Origin: Eledone cirrhosa
Lineage: Eukaryota
Length of the DNA stretch: 64,000 nucleotides
NCBI GenBank assembly: GCA_964016885.1
Contig: OZ024741.1
Location: 79,546,001 to 79,610,000, forward strand
Reading direction: 5' to 3'
A model generated the notes under the pieces. That model had not been told where the DNA came from. It did no database searches and saw only the letters and a program-made list of their open reading frames with translations. The translations under genes and the position numbers were made by a program. The stretch's first letter is position 1. Each line of letters begins with the position of its first letter. Shown one piece after another: positions 26,074 through 42,035 of the stretch.

Positions 26074-29000
26074 TTACAGATATGTACTCAGACTAAGCCC
26101 ATTCACTCGAGCCATTCTTGCTTCTCTCACCCATCTTTCAAAAAAATGCTGGGAAGAGAGCACTTCCCTCTCTACCCTGATTTTCCTTTTCAAATGAAAT
26201 TTGAAAAAGTCAATCAGGGAATCACCGAAGAGGTAAGTGCTCGTCTTCAGCCCTTTCAAACGTGTCCACCATACTATCTCTTTCGCCATGGCCACCAGAC
26301 AGATAAAAACTGCCTGCCCTTCCTGGCTAAAGGAAGAGGGCGGGGCAATCCTCACGATGGACTCAGATGATAGCCGGATCCGTCCTACACGCGACAGCAG
26401 GTGTTCGACATAAACCCACAAGTCAGCAATTTTAGGACACTGGACGAGTGCGTGCAGGATGGTTTCGTTGCCCTGCGCGCATCTCGGACATGCCCGGCTG
26501 ACGGCACCTCTATGCCTGTAGAGTTTATCCCGAACTGGCAAGGCTCCTCGATAGCACTGCCAGGCCAGAGATTTCTGGAAGTTGTCCATAGGTCCCGGCC
26601 CGAAAGTTCTTCCGAAGAGATTGGCTAGTTAATTTTCGTCAACGCCTAGAGTTTCCCCAAGTACGTCGTCGCTCTTCCCCTCCACTAATCCTCTATAGAA
26701 CGCCGAGGTGGAATTTCCACCAATCACATTGCCCGATGGCTGTTAGCGCCTGAAGACATTCCAGTCTCCAAGCGCTCCCTCTCGGTCTTCGCTTGACCCA
26801 GGACTGCAGCTGCGTCAAGGAAACGAGCTGGGGAAATACGTGTCTAGCAAACGGCGACCACACCTGATCACCGTCGAGGAAGAGGTGGAGATGTCGTAGC
26901 CTGAGCGCGTGTCTGTGCATCATCAACCACGGCATTCCCAGCCCTCCACGTAGCGGGTGTTGACAGCAGATGGACCGCCTGATCATCGGAGCGCGTCCCT
27001 TCCACAAAAAGCGAAAGAGCAAACGCTCCAGCGCAGTCAGGCGAGGCTTAGGACAAGGTACGACGGTCAGGCGGTAGCAGATGACAGACGCGATGTACGC
27101 GTTAGCCACCTCCGCTCGACCTTTCAGGGATAGCTTCCTCTCCGCCCATTTCTGGGTGAGAGAAGCCACCCTGCTCGTCACCTCGTCCCAGTTTTTGTCC
27201 GTCTGGAGGTCTGGACCGAACCAGACCCCTAGCAATTTAACGGGTCCGTCCGTCCAGCACCCGACGACGCTGTTGGACGTCATGGACCTGCCTCTTCAGG
27301 TGCCAAGCTGCAGGCCCACTGACTTTTCCTTGTTGATCATTGCTCCTGTCACCGCTTCGTATTCTCTTAGTGTAGTGCCGATCGCCTCGATGTGTTTGGC
27401 GTTCGACACCACTATGGTGACATTGTCCGCATATGCTCACACGGATCTTCCGCATCCTAGTTTGCGCGGGACGCCCCTCAACGTCTCCAGTTTGTGCAGT
27501 AATGGCTCGAGAGTCAATACGTACAAGAAGGACGAGAGGGGACATCCTTGGCGGACCGAGCGCATGATGTTGAACGGTTCCGACAGGTGACCGTTCACTC
27601 TCACCACAGAGCAGATGTCGCTGTGCATGGCAGCGATCCAGCCTCTGAAGACGGGCCCAAAGCCAGCCGCCCTCAGGACTGACGCTAGGTAACGATGGTC
27701 GACCCTATCGAAAGCTTTCGACTGATCTAAATTGATCAAGGACCCACCCGTGCCAGGTTCCCTAGCTACCCTCTCTATGATGTATCGCATGAGGTGGAGG
27801 TTGTCGTGGATGGATCTGTTGGGAATGGCGCATGTCTGTGCCTCTCCCACCAGACCACCAACGACAAGCGCTAACCTCTTTGCTGGCACCTTGGCCAAAA
27901 TCTTGAACTCTGTGTTTAGCAGAGTTATGGGCTTGAAATTATCTATGTTATCCCCCTTGTTCGGATACTTTCTCAGCAGTACCACCGCTCCTCGGCTCAC
28001 AGAACTGGGAATTCTCCCGTTCTGTTGCCAGTTGCAGTAGACATCCGCCAAGAGGCCTCCGAACAAGTCTGGCATCTGTACGTAAAGTACATAGGGCAGA
28101 CCATCCAAACCAGGCGATTTACCCCTTGTGCAGCCAGTCGTTACCTCCCTTACTTCAGCGGCTGTTATCGGCTTTTCGCAACACTCCGCTTCAGTCGCCG
28201 AGAGCCACGGCAGTCCGTCGAGGTAGACACTAAAGTCCATCCCTCAACCCGGCCCATCGCTGCTCCCGAACAGCTGAGCGAAATGTCGCTGAAAAGCTTC
28301 ACACATTTGCCCGGGATCGAGTAGCATGCGCCCGTCGTGGTCCACCAAAGACCGGATCGTGGCTTTGTTGCCACGACGCACTTCCGCCACTCGGGACCAT
28401 TGAACGGCTTTCGTCCCCTCGTGTCTGAGAGCACGCACCCTAGCTCTGACAACGCAGCCTTCGTGCTTTGCATTGAAGAATTGGTCAAGGGCCAATTTCG
28501 CCGCAAGCACGTCGGTCGCAATGCCTTTGCTAAGCGCCTCGTCTAATTTTCTAACTAGTTCTTCCTCTGCTCTGTTTTTCTCTATTGCTAAAGCCTTACT
28601 AAACCTAATGGATTCTATTCTAATCGCTCTTTTCAGAGCAAACCACCACTTGTTGTTGACGATGGCCCCCGTCAACGCCCGCTTAACTAGTTCGCTAATC
28701 CGGTCTCTGTAGGCCTTGCGTGCTGGTAAGGACGCGTTTAGCTTCCAGTAGCCGGGTCCTCGTTTATGAAGCCTATCTAAGTCAAGCACACAGATCACGA
28801 ATTTGTGGTCCGTGTAGCTGACTATCTTGAATTGTGGACAGCCTATGCTAGACTTATCTATTTCCCTACAAAATACTCTATCTAGATATGATCTGGATGA
28901 CCCTATGCGATTTGTCCAAGTCCACATTGGCACATTCGGGAAATCCAATCGGTACCTGTCAGACAGTTCAAAACGCCTGAGCAGGTTGGTGAGGCTCTTG

Positions 29001-29485
29001 CACCCTCCACCCCTATCCGCTAATCCCACACAGTCCCAGCGTGCATCTAAGATCCCGTTCCAGTCGCCCACTAACTCTAAAGAGCGGGACGTTCTAAGAA
29101 AGGTCTCCAGACACCGGAAGAAATCAGGCCGCCCTGCTCCTGTCGGGGCATAGACAGCCACTAGCCTGAAAGCTTGCCTGTCTCCGCTGGTCACGTCCAG
29201 CACCACCAACTTACCCTCTGGGTCCAGGAAGATGGCCCGTATGGCGAGATCCAAACCTCTCCGAAAAAGCACAGCAACTCCTCCCCCCGATCCAGGACGG
29301 CTGGGAGATGTGTACACATCGTAGCCGCCGAAGATCGGTGCGAAGACCCGTGCTTCGGAGATTCTGGTCTCGCTGATGGCCACTACATCTATGTTTAGTG
29401 ACCTGAGGTCGTTGAGCAGGTGACCCTGCTTCCATGACGACCCCAAGCCACGCGCATTTATGCTGCCTATTCTGAGTGAGGTCAT
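26074..29485 (-). pseudogene. ORF2 (AP endonuclease, reverse transcriptase, zf-RVT-type finger) of the Tx1/L1-like LINE
   Basis: SINARGL, ISET, GDWN, SYLDR, TDH, GYWKLN (APE); KSPGLDGL, PITLLNTEFK, LDQSKAFDRVDH, VRQGCPLS, AYADN (RT); CPRC..ETILHALVQC; in-frame stops at ~28245, ~27438, ~27298, ~26629 and a frameshift near 26735. Confidence 0.93.
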
Positions 29486-31665
29486 GTTTAAAATAGAGTG
29501 GAAAAGATGGGAAAGACCACTTACCGTACTTTTCGTAGAGGAAGGATGTTTTTCCATCCCTTTTCACTTGATCGTCTGGTGAAGGGACCGTTGAATCGTC
29601 CCTTCGGCTGGTCGTCGGCTCTTCTATGAGTATGTCCGAATATACTCTCCGGTTGAGAGTCCCTCCTAAGTCTCTGAAATCACCAACTGCGTTGGAGAAT
29701 TTCGTTTTAATGTTAGTGTATTGTTTCTGTGCTATTTTTAGCAGTCTTATGTTAGTTGGCGCTTTGATTGGTGCTGGTATTATGTAGTCGTGCTGTGAAA
29801 TGTCTGTGTGTTCAATTATGTAATTCATTAGTTTCTTGTTGTGTGTATTTATATCCGTGCATTTGTTTTTCTGGGGGTGGGGTATGGTTCTGCTATTTTC
29901 TTGTCGTTGTTGCTGGGTGTGTGTGTTTTGTTGTTGTGTTTGCGGTGTTGGTGCTTGTGGTGGTGGTGTTGAAGGTGTTGTTGTTGTTGTTGGCGGTGGG
30001 GTTGTCGCCGGTGGTGATGGTGGTGTTAGTGTGGGTGGTGATGGTGTTGGTGGTGTTGCTGCTGTGAGTCTCTTTGCAGTAGCCTTTACCCTTTTTTCAT
30101 TTCTTTCCTCCCTTTTCAAAGGCAACGATGTGCTGCTTCTGCGTTTGTGCCTTCTTACGACCTTTTAACATCCCTCTCCCAGCTCACACTCCATGCCTGA
30201 TTCTGTGAGGTCGGGGAGCGGTACCAGCTCCACTCTTTCACTTGTTGTTGGTGATGTTTGCGCTGGAGTCTCTGTTGCAGCTGCATTTGGTATTACTGTT
30301 GTTGTTGTTAATACTTCCACTGCTGCTGCTGTTTTTGATTTCCGTGGCATGGGTATGGGTGCCACGGACCTATCGTTCCTGGTTGCCGCTTGTCCTGTTG
30401 CTGATAGCCGTCGAGCCGGTTTCGGAAGGAGGGGGGTTTTCTCCTTTCTCAGGGTCTTCTCGTTGCAGAAGGCCCTGAGGTGAGTCTTCAATCCACAGCG
30501 AAAGCATTTCGGGCGTTTGCCCTCAACACTTATGGGCAGTTGAGTGCCGTTATTGAAGTCTATCACATCCGGGATAGCTTCGATGCACTCCTGGTTGGTT
30601 TGGATTAACATCTCAATGGAGGTGCCAACCCAATCTTCTCTTACTTTTTTATGTACTTGCAGTACAGTTGTTTTGTCCTCGATTCCGACGAGGACAGACG
30701 CGGGCAGCCAAGAAGGGGCCATCCCGGGAGGGGGGGGGGACGTAGGTCAGTTTGACCCTCACAATATTTTGCCAGCAGTAGGATGGCACCAACACCATTT
30801 CCTCGCTCCTTAGGGTCACTAAGGATTGAGCCTTTGCCTCCTGGGGTGTGGCAAAAAGTACGTCTACGGTGGCATATCTCTTGCCTCGGGTGATGTGCGT
30901 TTTCCGCTGCCACACAGACCCTAAGGCTTTTTGTATTTGAGCCTCTGTGGCTCTTTCAACCCTATGGGATTTTGTGCTTACTGTACGGTACGTGACCGTA
31001 CAGTGCTGTTGGGTTTTGAAAAATTTTTCGGCTGCCTTGCAGATTGCTCGGTGTCCGGTTTTTGTCACCATCTTCTTCGCTTCCTCTAATTCCTCATTTG
31101 TTATGAGGATGGTTTCCAGGTTCTTTGCGATACCTGCAAACGAGATTGGTTTTTCTTTGCTGCTGTTGTTGTTGTTGTTGTCGTCAGAGCTGCTGTTACT
31201 TTTGTTGTTACTGCAGGTACTACGACTACTGCCGCCGCCACTATTGCTGTGGTTGTTGTTGCTGCTGCTACTGTTGTTGTTGCTGCTAATGCCGTTGTTG
31301 CTTATGCTGCTGCTGCTGCTGTTGCGGCTGCTGCTGTTGCGGCTGCTACTGTTGTTTTCCTTGTCACTGTTGCTGCTGTTATTACGGCTACTACTGCTAT
31401 TATTCCTGACGTCAGACGAATGAAATGGGTTTTCGTATTTCCCGCACACCTTTTTCGTCGTTGTCGTCGTCGTCGTGGAGAAATCTTGCACGCTTTGCAC
31501 GTGATTTTTCTTTTCTGGCGTCGCTTGCGAAAGAGAAGGGAGGGAGAGAGACACATTTAGAGAAGGGAGGGAGAGAGACAATCTTCTCTCTGCTGTAGTG
31601 ACGATTGAGGAAGAAGAAGACGGAATGAGTGGGAGTGACCTATGAAAATTCTTTTTCGTAGCCAT
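29211..31665 (-). pseudogene. ORF1 (gag-like) of the Tx1/L1-like LINE, with one frameshift and one premature stop
   Basis: MATKK at 31665; frameshift at the G-run ~30725-30739; knuckle CFRCGLKTHLRAFC (CX2CX4HX4C); ORFs 30165-30722 and 29211-30125 share a frame, separated by one TAA; Asn/Ser- and Pro/Thr-rich low-complexity tracts; true C-terminus uncertain. Confidence 0.8.
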
Positions 31666-32057
31666 GTTTTTTTTTTTGTTTAAAATAAATATTGGGCACA
31701 AAACCCCAATAAGCAGTTATTTAACCCCAAAGGGCTAAATAATGGGCAGAAACACCCCTCTCACGAGGAGGAGGGTGTTTTTGTCTACAAGTTGGTTAAA
31801 GTTTTAAACAATTTACAATTGTTATAGCGGTCAAAATTTACAATACCTTACAGAGCCGAGCCTCCATCAACCATAGCATTCAATAATAATAATAATAATA
31901 ATAATAATAAAGTTAAATTAAAAATTAAATATAAAATATTATTAATGAAATAAAAGATAACTATATAAAATAATACTTATAATAATTAGTTAAAAGACAA
32001 TGAAATGATAAATGTAAACATTACAAAGAAAATTTCCATTGATTTGACTTGACTTAC

Positions 32058-32501
32058 CTTTGAATCTAAAGACAACGGGATCTTAGAGACGATATACAAA
32101 CAGCCCTGACCTGCGAGGTTAGCCACCTCGCGTCCACCCCAGTGCCAGTCCTCTGTGACTTCCGGACGCACCAGACGCTTACAACTCGGTTGCGTTCGCA
32201 AGTAGTCATAGGGAAGCAGCTCGTCCTCAGCGAGGTTGAATGACACGCTGAAGAGGTTCGAGATCATGTGCTTCAGCTCCTCCTCCGTGGACGTCGACGT
32301 TATCTGCAGCTTCTTGATGAGGCCACTGTCGGCGAGCATCTTGCGGGTGTCGCCTCTCGGTATAGGGATCCAGGTGCTGGTCGACGGAAGTAGACAGACA
32401 ATGTCTAAGACACAGATTCGAGTGGCTACTGGGCTGTTGTCAGACAAGATCCAACGGCTACGGCGCCGCGGCTTCACCAAATAGGGGTGGGAAGCGGATA
32501 C
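32058..32501 (-). CDS. Internal coding exon (444 nt, phase 0-0) of the unknown host gene: ~116-aa domain, copy A
   Basis: Acceptor ctctttcttttacag|GTA at 32502/32501, donor AAG|gtaagt at 32058/32057; GC/CpG-rich open frame VSASHPYLVK..IPLSLDSK; paralogous to exon 12661-12062. Confidence 0.92.
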
Positions 32502-33210
32502 CTGTAAAAGAAAGAGAGAGAAAAATATGCATATTTTAATGAAACAAAACCTAAAGTGGGAGCATATTTATATCATGGTCATCATTATTATTATCACTAG
32601 TACATAACCAATTGTTTTATTATCGAGGGAATAAGTAATGATTGGTTCCTTTACCAAACTGTAACAAAGCTCTGATTGTGGGTTATACATACACACACAC
32701 ACACACATATATCATCATCATCACTGTTTTATGTCCATTTTTCCATGCTAGCATGGGTTAGACGAGCTGACCATGTCTTATACATACATACATACATACA
32801 TAAATACATACACACATACATATTGTGTATCTGGTTTAGAATAGGCACATATCCTTGCATTTCATAAAAAGAACTAAAAAGAACTAAAATGTTAGGAAAT
32901 GTTTGGCTATAAAACATTGCCTCAAAAAGTCTTGTCCAACCCGAGCCAGCATGAAAAAGGAAATAAGTCATCATAAAAATGATGATAATGATGATACATA
33001 CATTTTATCATCAACATATACATGTATGTGTTTGTGTGTGTGCATTTGTGTCCGTGCTTGCTTACAACAGGGAGTGGGTTGTGCATATGTCCCGTAACTA
33101 TCAACCTTATGCACACACATACATGTGTGTATGTATGTATATGTGTGAGTATATATAAACTATAATACATGTGTACATACAATGTATAATAAAAATGCAA
33201 AGAGAGGGGG

Positions 33211-33327
<117 letters not shown>

Positions 33328-33954
33328 CTGACATAAATTAAAATATTTTAGAAAATTTGTACTCCATTAATATACATTACTATTTCAGGTCTCAACATCA
33401 TTCCATTTTTAAAGGCTCACTAGTTCTCCTGATGGTAATTTTTCTATGATTTCAATCAAAACTTGAAAATATTCTATCTTCCAATCTCTTTTCTCTTCAG
33501 TCTTCAAATACTATTTTTTCCACTCTCTTTATTCCTTATTTCAGTTCCTTTTCTTCCTCGGTCTTGTTTTAAAGGCTCTCTCCAGTCCTCCTGTCAATAT
33601 TCATCCCCCAATTTCCCTCTCACCCTCTCCCACACACCACCATAGCCATTTGGACCAATCAAAACTCAGCAGCACAAAATACGTTTCACTCTAAACCCGA
33701 TTTCTATCTCAAGAGCTACTTATTCTGCTACTACTATTCCTAAACATTGTTATGGGCCTGATTTTTTCATATAACAAATGGACCACAGAGTTGGAGAGTT
33801 GGAACAATCCAAATGACGAATATGAATTCACCTCCCATCTCCGGATGACCACACAAACACTCCTCTTTATTTCAGACATGGAAAGCCAAAACCAACACCA
33901 ATTCATCCACCCCCGCAAGGTTTCATCTTCTCCCCACCCTTCTGGTAAACTCTA

Positions 33955-34408
33955 TAACTTCAGAGCTAGTACCATCAATGTAAGCACAATGAAAGAACAG
34001 GTGAGATTGTAGAGATGCTTTAATGAAAAAAAGTTGATATTTGTTGTGTACAAGAGACTAGATGGAAAGAGGGTCATCTAGATTCCTTATAGGCAAAACA
34101 TGTATCTCCAGATAAGTGCTCCACCCCAGCCACCTATCCACACCGTAAAGTGGTTATTTTGGTCCCACAAAAAAAAAGTGCCCAGCCCACACTGTAAAGT
34201 GTAGGTGCCATGACAAAGAGCACTCAGTTCACACACTAAATGTGGTTGGCATTAGGAAGGGCATCCAGCCATAGAAACCAAGCCAGAAACAGTTCTGTAT
34301 GAGCAAGACACGGTCATCTGATCTGGCTTGTCTCACAGCAAGACAACTCATCTAACCCATACTAGCATGGAAAAATGGATGTTAAACGGTAATGATGATG
34401 ATGTTGAT
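33955..34408 (+). mobile_element. Internally deleted RTE: APE N-terminus joined to RTE 3'UTR and (GAT)n tail
   Basis: FRASTINVSTMK..EIVEML..VDICCVQETRWK, then 3'UTR homologous to 1140-1475. Confidence 0.75.
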
Positions 34409-34415
34409 ATATAAA

Positions 34416-34596
34416 GGTGGTGGATTGGCAGTATTGGTAGAGGGTCGGATACCATGCTTTGCAGCACTGAATTACGGCCCTTTACGGTCTGAGTTCAAAT
34501 CCCGCCAAGGTTAACTTTGCCTTTCATCCTTATCGGGTCGATAAAATAAAGTACCAGTAATGCACTGGAATAATTGCTGGCTTTGTGCAAAAAGTA

Positions 34597-34598
<2 letters not shown>
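34416..34598 (+). mobile_element. tRNA-derived SINE (Meta-domain-like core)
   Basis: A-box-like TGGCAGTATTGG, B box GAGTTCAAATCC, core CTTTGCCTTTCATCCT..GGGTCGATAAAATAAAGTACCAG. Confidence 0.85.
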
Positions 34599-34631
<33 letters not shown>

Positions 34632-35707
34632 AATATAATTTCAGCCAGATCGTATTTCAGCGGCTGCCAATAGAAAACGAAACGCAATTTTTGAGATATG
34701 CGGGCAAGCACTCAATGGACTAGGAAGAAGCCAGAGCAATTAACATACATTATAAGGGACAGACACATTATAAAAATAGCTGTGAATCGACAAGCCAGGC
34801 AGCCAAAAAAACGAGCAAGCTAAACAGGTTAACAAACACATGTATGTATAGCAATAATTATTGCGACTATAATTGTGCCAGTGTAAGAAGTCACGATTAT
34901 CATTGCTATCAGAATTATTATTATCATTTATCAGGAAACAGGTGATAGAGTACAGTATTTACTGTATTTTATGATGTGTCTTTATGTTTGACCTAAAAAT
35001 TGAGTCAATTTTAAAAGTCAATAAAATAAGAACTAGTACCAATATTAGAAAAACTGCAGCATGGCATTGCCAGTTTGATCTAAACTTCCCAAGCATGTCT
35101 TTCAAGTTTGGTATAAACTTTCAGGTGTAGAAGTGCCATTCATTGGGCTTGTCCAAGATGTGCACAGATGGATGAAACTGTTCTATATGGAGCCAATCTG
35201 CTCAAGCATTATTAATTTTTGGAATGTTGTCAAGTAGTTATCACATATAGTATGGATCCAGCTATTGAGTGAGTCTTTCATGAAGATTGTTTCACCACTT
35301 TCCATGGTCAAGAAGAATAATGACTTTGTAGTGGATGTAGATTAAATGAGTAAATCAGACACTTTTTCCAAGTTCCACTAGGAGAGATAGGTGAGGATGA
35401 AGAAGGAGCGGCAGCCCTCTTATAAATTTGTTGAAAGGTGGGTGAGAAAGATCAGTAGATAAGTCAACATACAGCATAGATTGGGCAATTCTGAATCTTT
35501 AGGGTTTTGTATTTTGTTATATAATCTACACAGGTGTAACATAAGCCATGATACCTTACAACAGACAATATATTGAAATTTCATAATTTATCACCTACTA
35601 TATAAATAGGGTTAATGGCATAATTTCAATCACTGAATCTATGTAATTAGGTAATTAAGTGAAATCATGTACGTTTGTATGTGTGTGTATACACACACAC
35701 ACACACA

Positions 35708-39240
<3,533 letters not shown>

Positions 39241-39242
<2 letters not shown>

Positions 39243-39787
39243 AGTACAGTTAATATTTTATTTTTTTAAATTTTTTTTGAAACTTTTTCGTATTTGCTAA
39301 ACCTTGATTATATATGTTCTGGCTTGTTAATTTATTAACCTGCCATTGAACCACATTGGCATATGGTTGGACAATACATGTGTCCCTAGACGCTTGCGTG
39401 TAGGGATATATACTTTATTATTATTCTCCTCTTGGTCGAGAAAAAATCTGGTCGTTCTGACTGCTGCTAGTTATAGTGGTAGTAGACTGATCTCCCTGCC
39501 TTTGCTTCTATCTTTACACACGGCACTGGATGGAATTGATTCCACCTCATTTATTCTCATCTCGGGAATAATTTTGAATAGCGCCAGTTCGTAATTTGAA
39601 CTCGGGAATTTTATATTCTCCGAGTGAAAAGATCCTTCTGACGAGAGTTTATCTTTGCAATGGATGGCCGTAAGGACTGTCCATTTATTTTTGAGACTCG
39701 AAACCGATTCGGTAAAGGTAACCATAGTGAGTACAGTTAATTTTTTTAAATTTATTTTGAAACTTTTTTCTTATTTACTAAACCTTG

Positions 39788-39790
<3 letters not shown>
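39241..39790 (+). mobile_element. Hammerhead-containing element (retrozyme-like or Penelope pLTR-like) in (TA)n, with ~65-70-bp imperfect direct repeats 487 bp apart
   Basis: TGAGTACAGTTAAT..AAACCTTGATTA at 39241 and 39728; internal hairpins at 39383-39404 and 39600-39625; hammerhead at 39634-39718. Confidence 0.75.
39634..39718 (+). ncRNA. Type I hammerhead ribozyme, predicted cleavage after GUA at 39714
   Basis: Stem I CCUU/AAGG; core CUGACGA 39638-39644; stem II GAGUUU/AGACUC plus inner AAUGGAUGGCC-GUAA-GGACUGUCCAUU; GAAA 39700-39703; stem III ACCG-AUU-CGGU; triplet GUA. Confidence 0.85.
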
Positions 39791-39844
<54 letters not shown>

Positions 39845-40169
39845 GCTAAAAAATTAGATGAATGGCCATGGTGATGAAGATGATTATGCCAGTATACTAC
39901 ACTGTTGCTACATTGGCATATTACAGTGCTTTGTTGTAGTACTGCACCTGCACAATTATTACACCAAGTTAATCAATGTCTTACAGATTTTCTTTAGGAG
40001 TCTGGTTGGAAGAGACAGAAAGGTTATTTGTTTAGTGCATCTGGGTGTGAGAGATTATGATGGAGTACGTAGTGTAAGATGGGGAGGATAGCGAGAGAGG
40101 GAGCAATGAAAAGGCAGGTTTGAAAGTGTTTAGAAAGGGGAGAAGAATGTAGTGTCTGTATTTAGTGTG

Positions 40170-40231
40170 GAGAGAGAGAGAGAGAAAGAGAGAGAAAGAG
40201 AGAGAGAAAGAGAGAGAAAGAGAGAGAGAAA

Positions 40232-40263
<32 letters not shown>

Positions 40264-40270
40264 AAGAGAG
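40170..40270. repeat. (GA)n/(GAAA) compound microsatellite
   Basis: Direct reading. Confidence 0.95.
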
Positions 40271-40291
40271 AATTAATGAGTGATAGTTATA

Positions 40292-40718
40292 GACCACTTA
40301 TATTACCAGTGTATGGCTAGGAGACACTGTTCTCTCATTGGTCCACATATTACCAATGTATAGCTGGAAGATACTGTTCTCTCATTGGTCCAAATATTGC
40401 CTGTATATAGCTGGGAGACTACTCTCTCATTGGTCCACTTATATTACCAATGTATGGCTGGGAGACACCGCTGTCTCATTGGTTCACACATATTACCAAT
40501 GTATTGTCAGGAGACACTGTTCGCTCATTGGTCCACGTTACCAATGTATAGCTGGGAGATACTGTTCTCTCGTTGGTCCAAATATTGCCAATGTATAGCT
40601 AAGAGACAGTACTCTCTCATTGATCCACATATTACCAATATATGGTTGGGAGACACTGTTCTCATTGATTCACATATTATGAATATATGGCTGGGAGACA
40701 CTGCTCTTATTGGTTCTA
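40292..40718. repeat. ~45-bp minisatellite, ~9 diverged copies
   Basis: Consensus GGTCCACATATTACCAATGTATGGCTGGGAGACACTGTTCTCTCATT. Confidence 0.93.
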
Positions 40719-40777
40719 TAAAACCAGTGAACATGTAAAACTTCACTCGGGTCCATGGGGTTGCTACAGATGTTTAA

Positions 40778-40995
40778 CCCTTTAGCATTTAAATCGGCTG
40801 TATCTGACCAGAATTCTCTCACCTCTTGCTGTTCAAACTGGCTGTAACAAGCCGCTCATATTTATGTAAAGGTATTGTTCTCAAAATAAATACCATCAAA
40901 ATCTGGATTCAATGTTGTGCGAGATAGTTATGTAAGATAAAGCCTTTAACACGAAAATACCATAGTATATATTGAGTAATGTAAATGCTAAAGAG
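40778..40995. mobile_element. piggyBac-type MITE
   Basis: TTAA|CCCTTTAGCATTT..AAATGCTAAAGAG|TTAA. Confidence 0.85.
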
Positions 40996-41434
40996 TTAAT
41001 ATGTATATATCTTATGTACACAAGTTGAATGTATGTCCATGTATATATGAGCACAGGTGATTGTGTGTGTGTGTTTAAGTCTCCATCTAAAGCTTTTGTG
41101 TGTGGACTGTTTATATATCCTTCCAAACCAAAACCTACACATGACTATGTAGTGTTCTATATGAGGATTGTCTATAAAGGTAGGTCCAACCAATGTCTAA
41201 TTCTGTAAATATTCTAACAAAATAAATCTATGTACACTATAATACATTGCCACATCCTGTGTGGAGAGGTATCACAAGAATAAAGGCAGTTTTACAAATT
41301 GTCAAACTTTTGACAGGTTGTCAAGAGTAGATTGTGATTACTCTATTTGACAACCAGTCAAAACTTGAATTTAAGCCTTTTGTTACCATATTTCTATTGA
41401 AGAAACTGGCCATGATTTCAATTAATTTTGTAAT

Positions 41435-42035
41435 ACAGGATACTAACTCCTTTGGCTTTGTAGAAGTAGTTGATAGTTTTTGTTCCCTGGGTGACCAAAT
41501 TAGCAGTGGAAGAGGGTGTTCAGAAAGTACAGTAGCCAGAGTGAGAACAGGATGTGAAAGGTTCAAGGAGTTACTGCTAACTACAAAAGGTTTTTCCCTC
41601 AAAATGAAGAGCAAATTGTATGATGCATGTATACAAACACCAATGCTGCATGGTAGTGAAATCTGGGTGCTATGTACAGAGGACCTATGAAAATTGGAAA
41701 AAAATGAAGCTTGTATACTGTAATGGATGTGTATTACTAATATACATGAATGGCAAAGTGTAAATAAACTGAGAGAAACTGAGCATAAGAGGGACAAGAT
41801 ACAATGTGCAGGAGAGGAGATTGTGGTGGTATGGACATGTGATGTATATATAGGATGGCAGTTGTATAAAAAGTGCAGGGCACTCAAAGTTGGTGGAAGT
41901 TATGGAAGAGGCTGATCTAAGAAAGTCTGGATAATGTGATAAAAGCTGACCTCTCACACTTCCACCTCTCAAAGGCGATGACACAGAATCGAGATCTCTG
42001 GCGTTATGCAGTACTGCAGAAGACCTGCCCTCTCT
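41435..42035 (+). mobile_element. Decayed RTE LINE 3' coding fragment
   Basis: VEVVDSFCSLGDQISSGRGCSESTVARVRTG..LYDACI; same family as 1-1475. Confidence 0.9.

Larger units (their letters stand above)
25822..31881 (-). mobile_element. Full-length (~6.06 kb) Tx1/L1-clade non-LTR retrotransposon, disrupted, flanked on both sides by (AAT)n
   Basis: ORF1 with CCHC knuckle and ORF2 APE-RT-zinc finger; AATAAA just before the 3' end; (AAT)~10 at 25791-25821 and 31882-31910. Confidence 0.95.

Noticed and set aside
34416-34510. Possible tRNA genes (A/B boxes)
   Set aside because: They are SINE heads continuing into SINE cores; no complete cloverleaf.
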